Shown: one piece after another, positions 1 to 11,400 of the stretch
Layout: every line of letters starts with the position of its first letter
How positions within the stretch are numbered: the first letter of the stretch is position 1
Assembly: GCA_900088475.1 (NCBI GenBank)
Contig: FLMG01001160.1
Location: 103,436 to 167,435 of the forward strand
Direction of reading: 5' to 3'
DNA from: Hyphochytrium catenoides
Lineage: Eukaryota; Protista; Hyphochytriomycota
Length of the DNA stretch: 64,000 bases
Notes under the pieces: generated by a model
Told to the model about the DNA's origin: nothing
The model's input: the letters and a program-made list of their open reading frames with translations, nothing else
Databases searched by the model: none
Position numbers and translations under genes: made by a program

Positions 1-917
1 GAAGCTTTGCCCATCGATACGACCTAAAGGACTTTTTGAGGCGGGTCATGCCCTACAAAGGTTTTTTGCCGTCACTTCTTGTCGAGTATTGGCAACGATC
101 AGATTGGAAGAAAGTCATTGAGGTTGCCAAGGTCATGGATAACCAAGGCATAAGCCATACCAGATTATCAAAGCTCCTCGCTGCAGGGTCGCATGCCGTG
201 GTAGGGAGTAGTTCAACAGCCAAGGATCTGATATTAAGCTACCTTGCTGAGGGTGGCAAGCAAGTCAAGGCAACTACCTGCACCAAAATACTGCGTGCCG
301 TGGGGTCCGCGTTTGGCAGCCATGAGGCTATTACGCTTTACAGACGGCTGCAAGAGAAAGGCCTGAAGCCTGACATTGTTCTCTTTACCGCCCTTATTCA
401 CATAACTACAAAGGAAAAGAACGTCATGGCGGCAGAGGAGGTACTTGCGGCAATGGTAGCCCAGAATATGAAGCCAGACTTTCGTGTTCTTACCAGTCTG
501 CAAAAGCTCTATTGCGAAGCGGCCGAGGTCTCAAAAGCAGAGCAAGTATTTGACGGGTTCTACTCAATTCAAAAGAGGCCTCCATCCTCAGTGTTCGTCC
601 ACTTAATCGTGATGTATCGAAGACTGCAGCGCTTCGATGAAGCCTTAAAGGTTTTTCAGAGATTGCGAAGCACAGGATACAAGCCAAATCCCGAGATTTA
701 TTCCTTTTTGCTCTTCGGAGGGGTGCCAGATGATAAGGAGGCTATTCAAGCGGAGATTGCTTCAGGTCCGAGCTGGGCACAACGAGAGGCAGAGCTCCAG
801 TCTACCTGCAAGGTTTGGCTAGATAGAGCACACATCGCAATGGCTGGCGACGGCATCAGCATTGATGAAGTCTGCGATGCTAGAAGAAAAGTTCTTTCTA
901 GGGGGCTTCCCAAGTGA
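1..917 (+). CDS. Pentatricopeptide repeat (PPR) protein, 5'-partial
   Basis: Frame is open from position 3 to TGA 915-917. Tandem ~35-aa PPR-like units (AITLYRRLQEKGLKPDIVLFTALI; AEEVLAAMVAQNMKPDFRVLTSL; ALKVFQRLRSTGYKPNPEIYSFLL). No intron seen. Confidence 0.85.
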   Translation, partial: SFAHRYDLKDFLRRVMPYKGFLPSLLVEYWQRSDWKKVIEVAKVMDNQGISHTRLSKLLAAGSHAVVGSSSTAKDLILSYLAEGGKQVKATTCTKILRAVGSAFGSHEAITLYRRLQEKGLKPDIVLFTALIHITTKEKNVMAAEEVLAAMVAQNMKPDFRVLTSLQKLYCEAAEVSKAEQVFDGFYSIQKRPPSSVFVHLIVMYRRLQRFDEALKVFQRLRSTGYKPNPEIYSFLLFGGVPDDKEAIQAEIASGPSWAQREAELQSTCKVWLDRAHIAMAGDGISIDEVCDARRKVLSRGLPK

Positions 918-1018
918 GGATTTCTGTCTGTACCATACTCTATAAATCATGCGAGCTTCGTTTGCTTTTTCCAGATTTGTCTCCTTCATCCAAGTCTTCG
1001 GGCTTGCAGTTTGGATCA

Positions 1019-1560
1019 TCATGATGCTTTCAACTTCCGTGATTGACGGAGCTCCATTCGCTTAACTTTAATCAGCATGTCTGCCATGTTCCTAATCATT
1101 AAGAGCTAGAAAGCATGGTCAACGTAACGCCCCCAAATTAGCAAAGCGTTTGAAAGGATCCTGACGTAATGCTTGGTGGCCGTACCAGATGTATAAGTCC
1201 TATAAAAAGCAGAGGTCCAGCGTAGAGAGCTCCCATAAAAATACCATGGGAGTCAAAGTATTGCTGTGTGGCAAACGTCCTCCAATGGCTCACGCCCAGG
1301 TCATTTAAAGGCTTGGTCAGAGCTAGAAGCCCAACGAGGAGGAAGAAGAGGAGGGTCTGTGTATTCGTGCTTTTCCGGCCTATGATCACGGCTAAGAGAA
1401 TAACGATCTCGGCCGCAAATAGAGCGAAGATCCATTTGTCTTCTCTGCAGTTGACAGCATGGTAGAAGGCTAGAAGAGACTGGGTGAAGGAGTACTCAGG
1501 ACGCGGGACTTTGCGAATCTCGCTCTTGATCACCTGCTCAATAACTCCATTCCACTCCAT
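1019..1560 (-). CDS. TMEM18: Transmembrane protein 18 homologue (2 exons)
   Basis: TMEM18 signature LNDLG...WRTFATQQYFDSHGIF. Intron after LIHL (gtacgg...ttctag) gives the basic C-terminus LLMIRNMADMLIKVKRMELRQSRKLKAS*. ATG at 1560 assumed. Confidence 0.85.
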
Positions 1561-2207
1561 AATCGACAAGAAGAGGCCAGGAGCCCGACGAGAGGACAAG
1601 ACCTCCAAGCTCTTCCCGTTGGCGGTTGCTGCTAATCAAGTCAATGTTATGACGCTGTTTATCACGATGCGCTTCTTTGAGTCATGTTGGCTCCATTGAT
1701 GCCATCCAAACTCTATGTCAGATCGCGATGAAGCTGTCGCTGAAGCTCAGACGTGGGAGGCAATTGACAGATGGCAATCGACCATCATCTGTAGAGTAGG
1801 CTCTCTTCTGAAACTTTATGGTTGCTTTCAGTTTGTAAGAAATAAACGCTAGACTCTATCTATTTGAACTGATCTAGAGTCAAAAGAACTTTCAATGGTT
1901 GAAGCTTTCAGTGCTGCGGGATAATCTTCTGTACTCGTAACCTGGCCAAGAAACATGAGCCTGACAGCAGCAGCGGGGCAGCTTCTCATGGGCTCATGAT
2001 GAGGACCAAGAACGGGAGAGAACGAAAGTCTTACCCACTAGAGACGACGCCCTTGGTGGGCTTCTCTTTCTCATACTCTTCTGCCTACAGACAAAGCAGC
2101 ATTACTATTCGTCCTAGGCGGTAACTGGCCGTGGCAATCATCAAGCTCCGGCCTCGTGGTCACCTTGCCATTTTGGTAGTCCGTGTTTAACATAGTTGGC
2201 GTAGAGC

Positions 2208-3021
2208 ATGGCAAGCAGAGCTGTTGAGGAGCTTCTATGGAACCCACAGCCTTTGCCTTCGACATCCCGTATCCACAGAGTTCTTCAATTACAACTGGTA
2301 GGTCAAGATAATAACTGATGAGACTATGTGTGCACTGTATATAACTGACAAAGACGGCGAAGCTAGCTTTATGGCATCGTGTCCAGTGTTCAATGCACCA
2401 TCAACGTTGCTCAAGGATGTATCATTGGCACGGATCGAACCTTGCAGTGTACTCTCCAACCTCATAAAAGCAAGGAAGCAGCTGAGCTAATGCTTCTGCT
2501 GTGCTACACTGGAAGCGTACTTATCGCCTACCGTAGCCTTAAGCTGGTAAGAACTCCCTCCACGACTTGATGCCGAGATGCTTGACAGAACTTTTTACTA
2601 TTATCAGTACTTCAGAATCATGCTGGTATGGACTCTCATTCTCTGCTTTCGGATGGTCTTTGTCAGAGGCCTCCTGCTAGTGGCGCCGAGCGCACTCAGC
2701 TCTGCCTGGAAGAGCAGCAATGGAGGGTGGGACAGATATGCGAGGATTCTAGGGTTGTTCATACATACAGCGGGTGCAGTACTGAACGTAAGCTATGCTT
2801 CTTGGCCTCACTACAGTTAGTTATCTTCTTTTAACCCGCGCTTACTGGTTTGTCTGTAGGTAATTTCTCTTGGTTATGCTTTTTACTTGGTCAAGACACT
2901 AGGACGAGGAGTGGTACGAGGGGCACCATTTAAGTTTAACAGGAGGAGGAACTTTAGAGCTAGAGACGATCGCGGGATCCCAAAGACGTCTGCCTCACTG
3001 TACAGAACAAAGTTAGAGTAG
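2208..3021 (+). CDS. Uncharacterised ~4-TM membrane protein (4 exons)
   Basis: Three phase-0 GT-AG introns join MASRAVEELL...LQL | LYGIVSS...SLKL | YFRIMLVW...AVLN | VISLGYAFYLV...TKLE* into one reading frame with four hydrophobic segments. Family not recognised. Confidence 0.55.
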
Positions 3022-3701
3022 AGAGGGTAGCAGTGCCACTATCCTGGTTTCAACGGCAACTGCTACAGGGATGCTGTGCCTGCCAGCTCAAGGCAAATGG
3101 TCCAGTTAGATGGGCCACTCGATCCTGCACACTCACGAACCAAGTCTGCACTGCTTCATCAGCAGCAATGGTGTCAGGAAGAGCCAAAGCACAGCCTCTT
3201 GCTCCTCCTTTGTACAATATCAAGTAGCAAATATCTTCAGATCGCCACCCTCTCTTCGCCTACGACGCCGTTGACGAGCATCCCTTTGAAGACAAGAGGC
3301 CTCTCACCTCTGTGGCAGGTTCATGGTGATCTCGGTGATCTCATGATCTCTTATGTCATCGAAGGTCTCTCGAGTTCTAACAACTCGTCATTTTTCTACG
3401 CAAGGCGATGACCGCAAACTGCACAATAACGCCCTTCCTTATTTGACACGCAAACACTTAATCTTTACATCATAATTCACTCTTGATGGAGCCAAATCGA
3501 CACTACCATGTGAATTCCACACAAAGTGCAAGCTAGAAATGCACTCAATGCTGACAATCTTGACAGCAAGAGACAGGATTGACAGAAGAGGGTTGAGAGT
3601 CAGAGAAAAGACACAGAAACAATCAGCTAAGCCATGCCTAAGACAGAGCTTAACTAAACCTAGGAGATGAGGAGAGAGAGAGACGTCCGAACGCTGCGCA
3701 G

Positions 3702-6700
3702 ATGTGGGTGTGGGAGGATCGATCAGAAGCAACACTGAGCAGAAGCAGAACAGCCGCAGCTTCAACCTTCAATGCTCATCATCAATCATCTGCATCTTCC
3801 AGCTGCTGGCTCCACAACTCTGGAACATCACGCGACCATCAGGAATCTCAAGTCTGGCCCTATTTAGAGTGTCAAGGAGAGGGGCCTGCTGGAAAGTGGC
3901 TCCTAGAAGAAAGAAACAAGGCAATACCTTCGCAAGGGTGGACCACGAGCACTATTCCTGCCATCGTGCCGCGCTTACCAAGCCTGATGGAAACACTGTT
4001 GACCTCGTTGAAGGTTTGGTCCTTTGGTCTTTGGACTATTTATTTGTCGGCCCTTACTGACGTAGCAAACATCTGTAAAGAATCGTCAGCATGCAGTTGA
4101 GGGAATGCTTGAAGCCGTTCAGGGCTTTGAAAGCTCTTTCAAGGTTCCTCCTGTTGCGTACTTGCCCCTTGGGCTACCCTGATATTCTAGCTGACAAAGC
4201 CTGTCCTTTTGGGCCTCTTCAATACCCTTCACGTACAGGGCCTTTCTCAGGCATGCCTTTCGCTAACAATGGCTGCAGAGAAATTAACTTCCAGGTGAGT
4301 GTCCTATCTCCCTCAAGCCCCCTGCTGATCTGATCCTAGACCCTATGGCAGTCATTCGATATCGTCGGAAGCCCCTCCCAATCTTTTGCTGGTCGGAGAT
4401 CTCCATGAGCTGCTTCTTTCTCCCTTTGCAAGACTGGTGGAACATGACTTGATGTCACCCTTAAGGCGGCTTCTGAAAAGTTATCTGCGTTTGGAGGTGG
4501 GTTGAAGTTTCTGAATGGCGCTCGTCCTCTGTTCCTTTCTCTCTCGTCTTTCTTATCACGACGGCCATATGTCCTTCTTCTGGTTTCATGATGTCGGGAT
4601 GATAGCTCATTGTGGGTCCTCAGACGGACGAACTCGAGCCACGGACCTTCCACTGTCTTACCTGCCGCCATGAGACTTCACCCTCAAGCTTTCCTCTTCC
4701 CTTGCTGTCCGGGTAAGAAGTCAAATGGGTGGGGTCCTGGAATTTGCAGCCCAACCCTGACTGCCGTCTCCTCTGGTTGGCTATCTTGCGCGATACCCTT
4801 GCGAAACTTCTTTCCTTCTGTCCTCCCGATATACCCTTTTGCACAGGAAGCAGCTCCAGGCAATGGGTGGTTCACAATCCCCTAGAAGGAGCCCATCACT
4901 TGCATCCCAGCAATGCCGTACGTTAGCTTCTCACCGAGTCGACGAAAGAACGCAGCTCACTGCATGCGGACTGTTCTATTCCAGGCACTGCCTTCAGAAC
5001 CGGCGATGATGTCGTACAGCAGCTCTGTAAGGATGTGGTACGGCAACTCTCTTTCTGCGTCCAGTCCGAGCGGACCTGCACTGCAGAAGATTCATCTTGC
5101 GCTGCTTCGACGCTTTCGGTCATTAGGTTTCTGTATTTCCCAAACTCATCTGGCGGCCAATGCTTCTGATGCCTCCGCAAGATGATCATTATGTTGCTTA
5201 TTCTGACCCTTGTTATATTACTGATTCAGGCTAAGATACAAGCTGAGTGCCTCCACGACCTCCTGTCTCTTGTAAGCCGTGATGGTGTTACCCATCCGCT
5301 TCTGCAGCTTCATGAGCGTGATAGCTGGTCTCTGCTTGAGGACGCTGATCTAATAAGCCCCACACTCAGTCCCATGCAAGAGAACGGACCCCCAGCTAAT
5401 ACTAAGAGAGGCCTACATGAGGATGGGGTCAACTTCAGGGGAGGGCGGAATGACGAGGTATGTTCCGACACGTCTGAATAGCCACACAGGCTCCGTCTCC
5501 CTACTTTCTAAGATTGGATCAAAACCTTTCCTTGTTGAATTAGGAGCTTCCACAACCCTATTGGTGCCGTAATGCTGATAAAAGCTACGCTAAGGCCGGG
5601 GACAGTGCAGGAAATGGCCTGGACAGAGCCATTCCACGTAGTCGAAAAAGAGGGCTAACAGGACTCCCTATCAATCGTCTGTGCATTTATCTCGACCTAA
5701 GGGACTTCTCCACTCTGTTCAAGGTAAGAATGGATCTTTGTTAGTCAAGTCTGACTTTGAGGTCGAAATACAGGTCCCTGGGCTAACCGCAGATTACAGG
5801 TCTCTAATGGCATCCGAAAGGTTCTACGAGGCCACCTCTGTCTTTGGCGACTTATCATTAAACAGGGGGGTGTCCCTGACAAGGTAGGCTTCACCTTGCT
5901 GTGTGAACAGAGAGAAAGATGGGGGCAAAGGTAGAGGGGTCGTCAGAGTGGCAATGGTCACGCATTCTTCCTGTACCAGATTGGCTTAAAGGCAGGACTA
6001 CGCTGGCCTAGAAGCCTTCCTCTTCCAGGATCTTCGACGAGGGAGGGACGCCAGCATTGATGCCTCTTTATCTCTTTCCGTAGGTTCGCCCACACTTCTG
6101 GTTGCAAGTGTGTACTAGGCAAGCCCCGTGGCTGCAGGGTCAGAGCCGTCTTCCTAGATCGGCAAGCTTTATTATTGGTCAACGATGGGGAGGAGAGTCC
6201 ACAACAAGGAAGGGGGTGTCTTACTATGCAAATCTGCTGAAAGAGGTTGAGATCCTTTCCCAATCTATGAAACTCGGGGGTATGAGCGCTTCAACAAGAC
6301 AGAGCTAAAAGTGGCTGGATGAGATCGACATTGATGTTGGAAGGAGTTCTCCTCTATGCGCTAGCCTTGATGATCAGGTTCAGCCCGCTCCTTGTTCGTA
6401 GCAGTTTTTGGTCCCTGGAACTCTCCTACTTCCCTTGGGTTTCAGTCTTGCCCAAAAGGAATAAACCCGACACTTAAGTTTGGCACCTCTTCTTTCTATG
6501 GTTGCTAACTCTGGCGTAAGTGCAGGAGCTTCTTCTTTTCCGCGATGGGCTCAGAAGGGTGCTTAGTGCCTTTGCTGTCCAACAGCCAGAGGTGCGCTAT
6601 GTGCAAGGGATGAACTATACTGCGGCTATGCTATTGGAGGTGAGCCCATGTCCCCTCTGCGCTTCACAAAACTGCAGTGTCAATTAGAGCTTCTGTTATC

Positions 6701-7913
6701 CTTAGTTGACGTCTATGTTCCCTGTGGGGAGATTAACACCCCTTTTTTCGATTGAGCGTCAGTCAACCATCAGTTCAGTTACATCCTCTATTCCTTGCTC
6801 TCTCTCCGGGTACTGCCTGCATTCGTGTGGCTTTAGCCTTCAATCGATCCCTTACGGGTTATACACATGTTTCAAACTCTTAAATCTTCAATTGTGCTTC
6901 ACATCCTTATGTCTGTTTAGCTCATCAAGGATGAAGAGAGGACTTTTCAGATCATCTGCGGGCTGTTCTCAAGCCTAAATCTGATTAGGATATTCACACC
7001 CGGCTTTCCGTTGTTAGATGAGACGTTCCGTCAGGTTAGGGGACACTCTTTCCATGTCAACCCCATCCTTCTCTTCGTATGAGATTGTTGTTCATCTCTA
7101 GCTAACGTCAATTTCAGCGCCCAGCTCGGGCTTGAATGTCTTCATATACTTTTTTTCATTCTGTCTGTCCTTTCCCGGACAGGCTCCTGCCCGTCGTACG
7201 CAGTACTCATAAAGCTCTTGTCTCGTTTTCATTCGACCAACCTGGCCCCCAACCTCCATCAACATCCCCTTCTCCTCCCCCCTTNNNNNNNNNNNNNNNN
7301 NNNNNNNNNNNNNNNNNNNNTGCCCAGCACTAGTCCAGCATTTCCATCACCTGGGTCTTTCGTTGTCGATGTTTGCTCCTCGGTGGCTTCTGACGCTCTT
7401 CACGTCATTGAAAAGATATCCTTCATGTTGACCACTATCCGACTCTGTGCAGGCTGGCATCATCTATCTCTTGCGTCTGTTGCTGCTTCCCCGGGTGTAA
7501 CTAATTATCGCTGTATGGGACATCAGAGCCTTTACTGCTATCCGCCTGTCGGCATTTGATTGCTTAATCGCCACATTAGCTGCGAGGTTTCTCTTAACTG
7601 TTGACTACCCTGCCTGCAGAGTTTATTTACAGAACCTGGGATGTGCTGCTGGTAGAAGGTTGGAGAACGATGGTTAGTGCGTCTCTGGCATTGCTAATGG
7701 AAATGGCGCCTAGCTTGCTGGAGGAGGACTCGCTGGAGGGGTGTCTCACGTTATTGCGGCATCCTAGGTACAAGATGAACCACTGTAAAATTGGTCGTGG
7801 AACTGGGCTCACTCTTTCATATACCTAGGCTACGGGCTGGCGCAACGCCCCAAGACCTTATCGGCAGAATGCACTCCATATTAGTCAGTCCACTTCTAGT
7901 GGACTTGGTGTAG
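3702..7913 (+). CDS. TBC-domain Rab GTPase-activating protein with long N-terminal helical region (multi-exon)
   Basis: TBC motifs GVPDK|VRPHFW, EIDIDVGRS (Arg finger), YVQGMNY (Gln finger), FTPGFPLL and LPAEFIYRTWDVLLVEGW. Upstream exons 3702-5723 join in phase through GT-AG introns. An in-frame TAA at 6306 and an N gap at 7285-7320 make the model uncertain. Confidence 0.75.
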
Positions 7914-8453
7914 AGATGACGATACGGAAGGACTAAGTGTAGCGATGACAATACGAAAGACGCTTAGACGTCTTCTCAACCGCCAGTGCTCATCCCAACC
8001 CCGCTGGTGGCTTACAGTATTCTATTCCTTCGTTAGTTCTTAGCGCTAACCGGCAGCGAGCTTCGAAAGTGCTTCACTTGTTGCCCGCAACATTTGACAG
8101 GAAATGTGAGCCTGGCTTTATTTATGTATGGATATCAGAGAGTAGACGCGTTCAACTTCAGCTTCCAAATGCACCCAATCTGAAGTCACGGGACCTCCTC
8201 GCCTCACACTGCTTGAATCCGCTTAATGAGCCAGAACTACGGGGAAAGTACGGACCACCTAGACCCTTAGCAATATTTAAGCTCTATACAAACCCTTCTC
8301 AATAAGGAGACGTTTCTTTGACAACCCTGCGCAAATCTCTCTCTGCCTTATTCATTGGGAGAAGCGCTTTTAATGACTTTCCTGGGCACTTATCTAGCTT
8401 TCCTGGTGCGCTTGATGTCTTCATAGGTCAACGGTACCGTGGACAACCTCTCT

Positions 8454-11400
8454 TTACTCGTCTTCCGACTCTGGAGGCTTATCCAGGCCCAAAATTTCCT
8501 CCAATTTGTTCTGGAAACGGAGGCGGTATTGCTCTGGAGGAGCAGCACTGAGCCCATCGGCATCCTTTCGGAGAAAAGTAACCTTGGAGAACCGCTCCAG
8601 ACGCTTCTGAAGTGTCCTACGGACGCAAATTGAATAAGTGAGGAGTTTAAAGAACATGACATAGAGGAAGACAACACAAACGAAGAGTACAGCGGGACCA
8701 CTTTGTAGCTGCCTTACCACTGCTGAAGGATGTCGATGAGTCCGAAATAATAGTACGCAGGCCCCACGACAGTGCTGGCCTTCTTCATATGCTCGTTCAA
8801 GGACCCAGGCTCCTGTCGCAGACACAGCCAATTACCATTTTAGCACGGGCAACGCGGGACCAGCTTGGCAGAGGCAAGAGGGAAAACGCCTCAAAATAGG
8901 GTATAGATCTCCGCCCTCCCCCGCCCCCGCCCTTCCTCTGGGGCGACTTAACCGAGAGACACAGCACAAAGATGAGTGTGAAGGGCTAATGGAAGAACCT
9001 TGTTCATGTCATTGGGGGATCCTTGGACAGAAGAGGCTTGGCCCGCGAGTGAGATTGAGGTGCCCTTTTGCTGATTCATCTGTAAACAGAAGGCGGAAGC
9101 CGTGTTTCAGATGGGCCATACGCTAAGATTCCATGACCGTCCTGTCTACCATAACATGCGGTCTTACCTCTGCAACATGATCTGCATTGACGTTGTATGT
9201 CATGTTATGGACACCGATGAGAAGGGAGTAGTCCATGATTCGACGCCGAGCCAGAAAGTTGGAGTCCTTGACAATGATATGGTTCAACTCTTCCGCCTCT
9301 CTACGGTTCATCCGCACCTGAACATTGAACAATCAGCAGTGACGCTGTGGTCTCTAGCTTCTCGTTTACTTGTCTCTCTCCCTGTTACCAAGAAACTTCC
9401 TATCCTATACTGCTTAAAGCTTCTCTCCAACCTCTCTTAAGTAATCATGTGCCTTTCGAGTTCTCACGCCCTTGTTTCGCATCCTAAGACCACTACGATC
9501 GTTCATCCTCCTTTCAAGACATCAAGGCACGAGAGCGCGCTGTCCTTCAATCGACTTTGTAGGCCCTTACCTTCTTTGTCAGGTCATTATCCTTGAGTAC
9601 GGTGTCAGGTTCATGCGAGCCGCCTCTAGCTTCACAATTGAGATCCTTCGATTGCGGCCCATACCTATTGCAGGAAGATATGGGTTCAGGTCAGACGACA
9701 TGGCGACAACCACAGGCAAGGAGGACGGGACGAGTTCCTTTGCTTGATGATGAGGTGATTTCCAGTCCAAGAGAGGCAGTCATAACTCAAGGGGTGATCT
9801 CGTAGAGAATATAATGGGAAGGAATGCGACTATGGTGGAGGACAAGCAAAACCAAAAACTACGCTAGAGCCATTCCCAGAGAGCCTTCTGACCTGTACTT
9901 CGCGTTGCAGTTCCGGCAGGTAACCAGTGACCCGTCCTTCGGCTTCTTGTGGGTGCGGTTAACCCAAGAACCCTTGATGTCATACCTTGGCAGTAGCAAG
10001 CGTGGTGTAAGAATAGGCTCAGCCATCACACCTCACAAAGAGAGGGGCAAGATCCACAGATTTGAAGATTGAGAAGGGCAGCCGATATGTGGCGATAAAT
10101 CAAGCGGGACTAGTGCTGGGAGAGAGGAGCCAATAAGGTACGCCCTCCCAAGTCAGAAGTAATATACTGCGTCACTAAGAAGATCTGGTTTTGTCTATAC
10201 CTCGCATGTATAACCATAGCTGTGTCAAAAACATTGGCCATGACAAAGAAGTAGAAAGTCTTCTTGTACATCTTGAAGTGAACAGCATGGCAGCCATAGA
10301 ACCTAAAATAACCAGATCAGCGTGGCACTGTAAGAAGACTGATGATGAAGAGGGGAGACAGGTCTCGTGCTAGAAGTCAGTTGAGACTACGTGTAGAAAG
10401 ACAGAAAGCAGGGTAAGCCGCAGGCAATCGGACAAAAGCGCGAAGGAAGATCTCAAGGGATGGATTAGAAGCATCATCTGCCAATGCCAACGAAACCAAG
10501 TAGGGCGACGGCCCTAATAACAAGTAAAGACCAGTAAAGAAGGGTAAGGCATCTGTCGCCCTTGGTGTTGCAAGGCAAGATTCTAGGAGTCATGGAGCTA
10601 GCAACAGTGCCAACACGGTTCAATTGAGAGAAGACCTTGAAGGTCCTAACCTTATTAGCAAGCTCTTGGGGTTGTTCTTGAGGTGCTCGCAGTAGTGCTC
10701 GGCAATTCTCCTTAAAAAGGTGCTTTCCTCTGGACTCATACTCTTAACGATATACTTCTGGTCACTTGAGAAGTACATGAAAGCGCCGCTAGCACCTTCA
10801 CTAATCCGCTCCTTCGTAATCTTTGATAAGGAGCTGCAGTAGTCCTCGGTCGAGACTCCAGAGAACTCCCTGGTCGTGAAAGAGTCAAGGTTAATAACCG
10901 AGCAAAAGGTAGTCTGGTGCTAAAAGTACAACGACCATGATGACTCCAACGACACCTTGTGGAAGCTAAGTATAGTAAGCAAGGAAATTCTGAAGATCGA
11001 CGAAACTCTAAGAACCGGAGAGTTTATGGAAGTAGCGACAAATAAGGGCTGTGGCATCGGACCTGATCTGCCGGAAGATATGCGGGTAATAGTCGGTGAA
11101 CTCATTCTTAGCACTTTGCTTCATCTCTACCCCTTGAGGCGGTTCCAAAATCTTCGTCACCTCAGGGGTATTTGCCCCAACCTCAGAAAGACTCCGCACT
11201 GCCTGTAAAGAAGTACAGAAGCGTTACGTGATTGGCAACGCTCCAAAGCACGGAAGGAGCCAAACCTGCATGATGCCCCGGGTAGTATAATAACGAATCT
11301 CACTCCTGAGAGCAGTGTTTAACTGTGGATGTAAGTCCACATCCACGTCTGCTCCACTCTTGGTTCCCTTCACTCGGTCCTTGGGGGAAAGATAGGGCAC

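Noticed and set aside
3700-5500. Possible gag/zinc-knuckle retrotransposon relic on the - strand (CSHC*RK...H...C near 4240-4280)
   Set aside because: It needs stops and frameshifts, whereas the + strand gives a chain of phase-consistent GT-AG exons leading into the TBC gene.
6306-6308. Stop-codon reassignment (TAA as Gln)
   Set aside because: Long genes such as PMA1, Ctr and PDZ have no internal stops, and TAA, TAG and TGA all terminate genes in this window.
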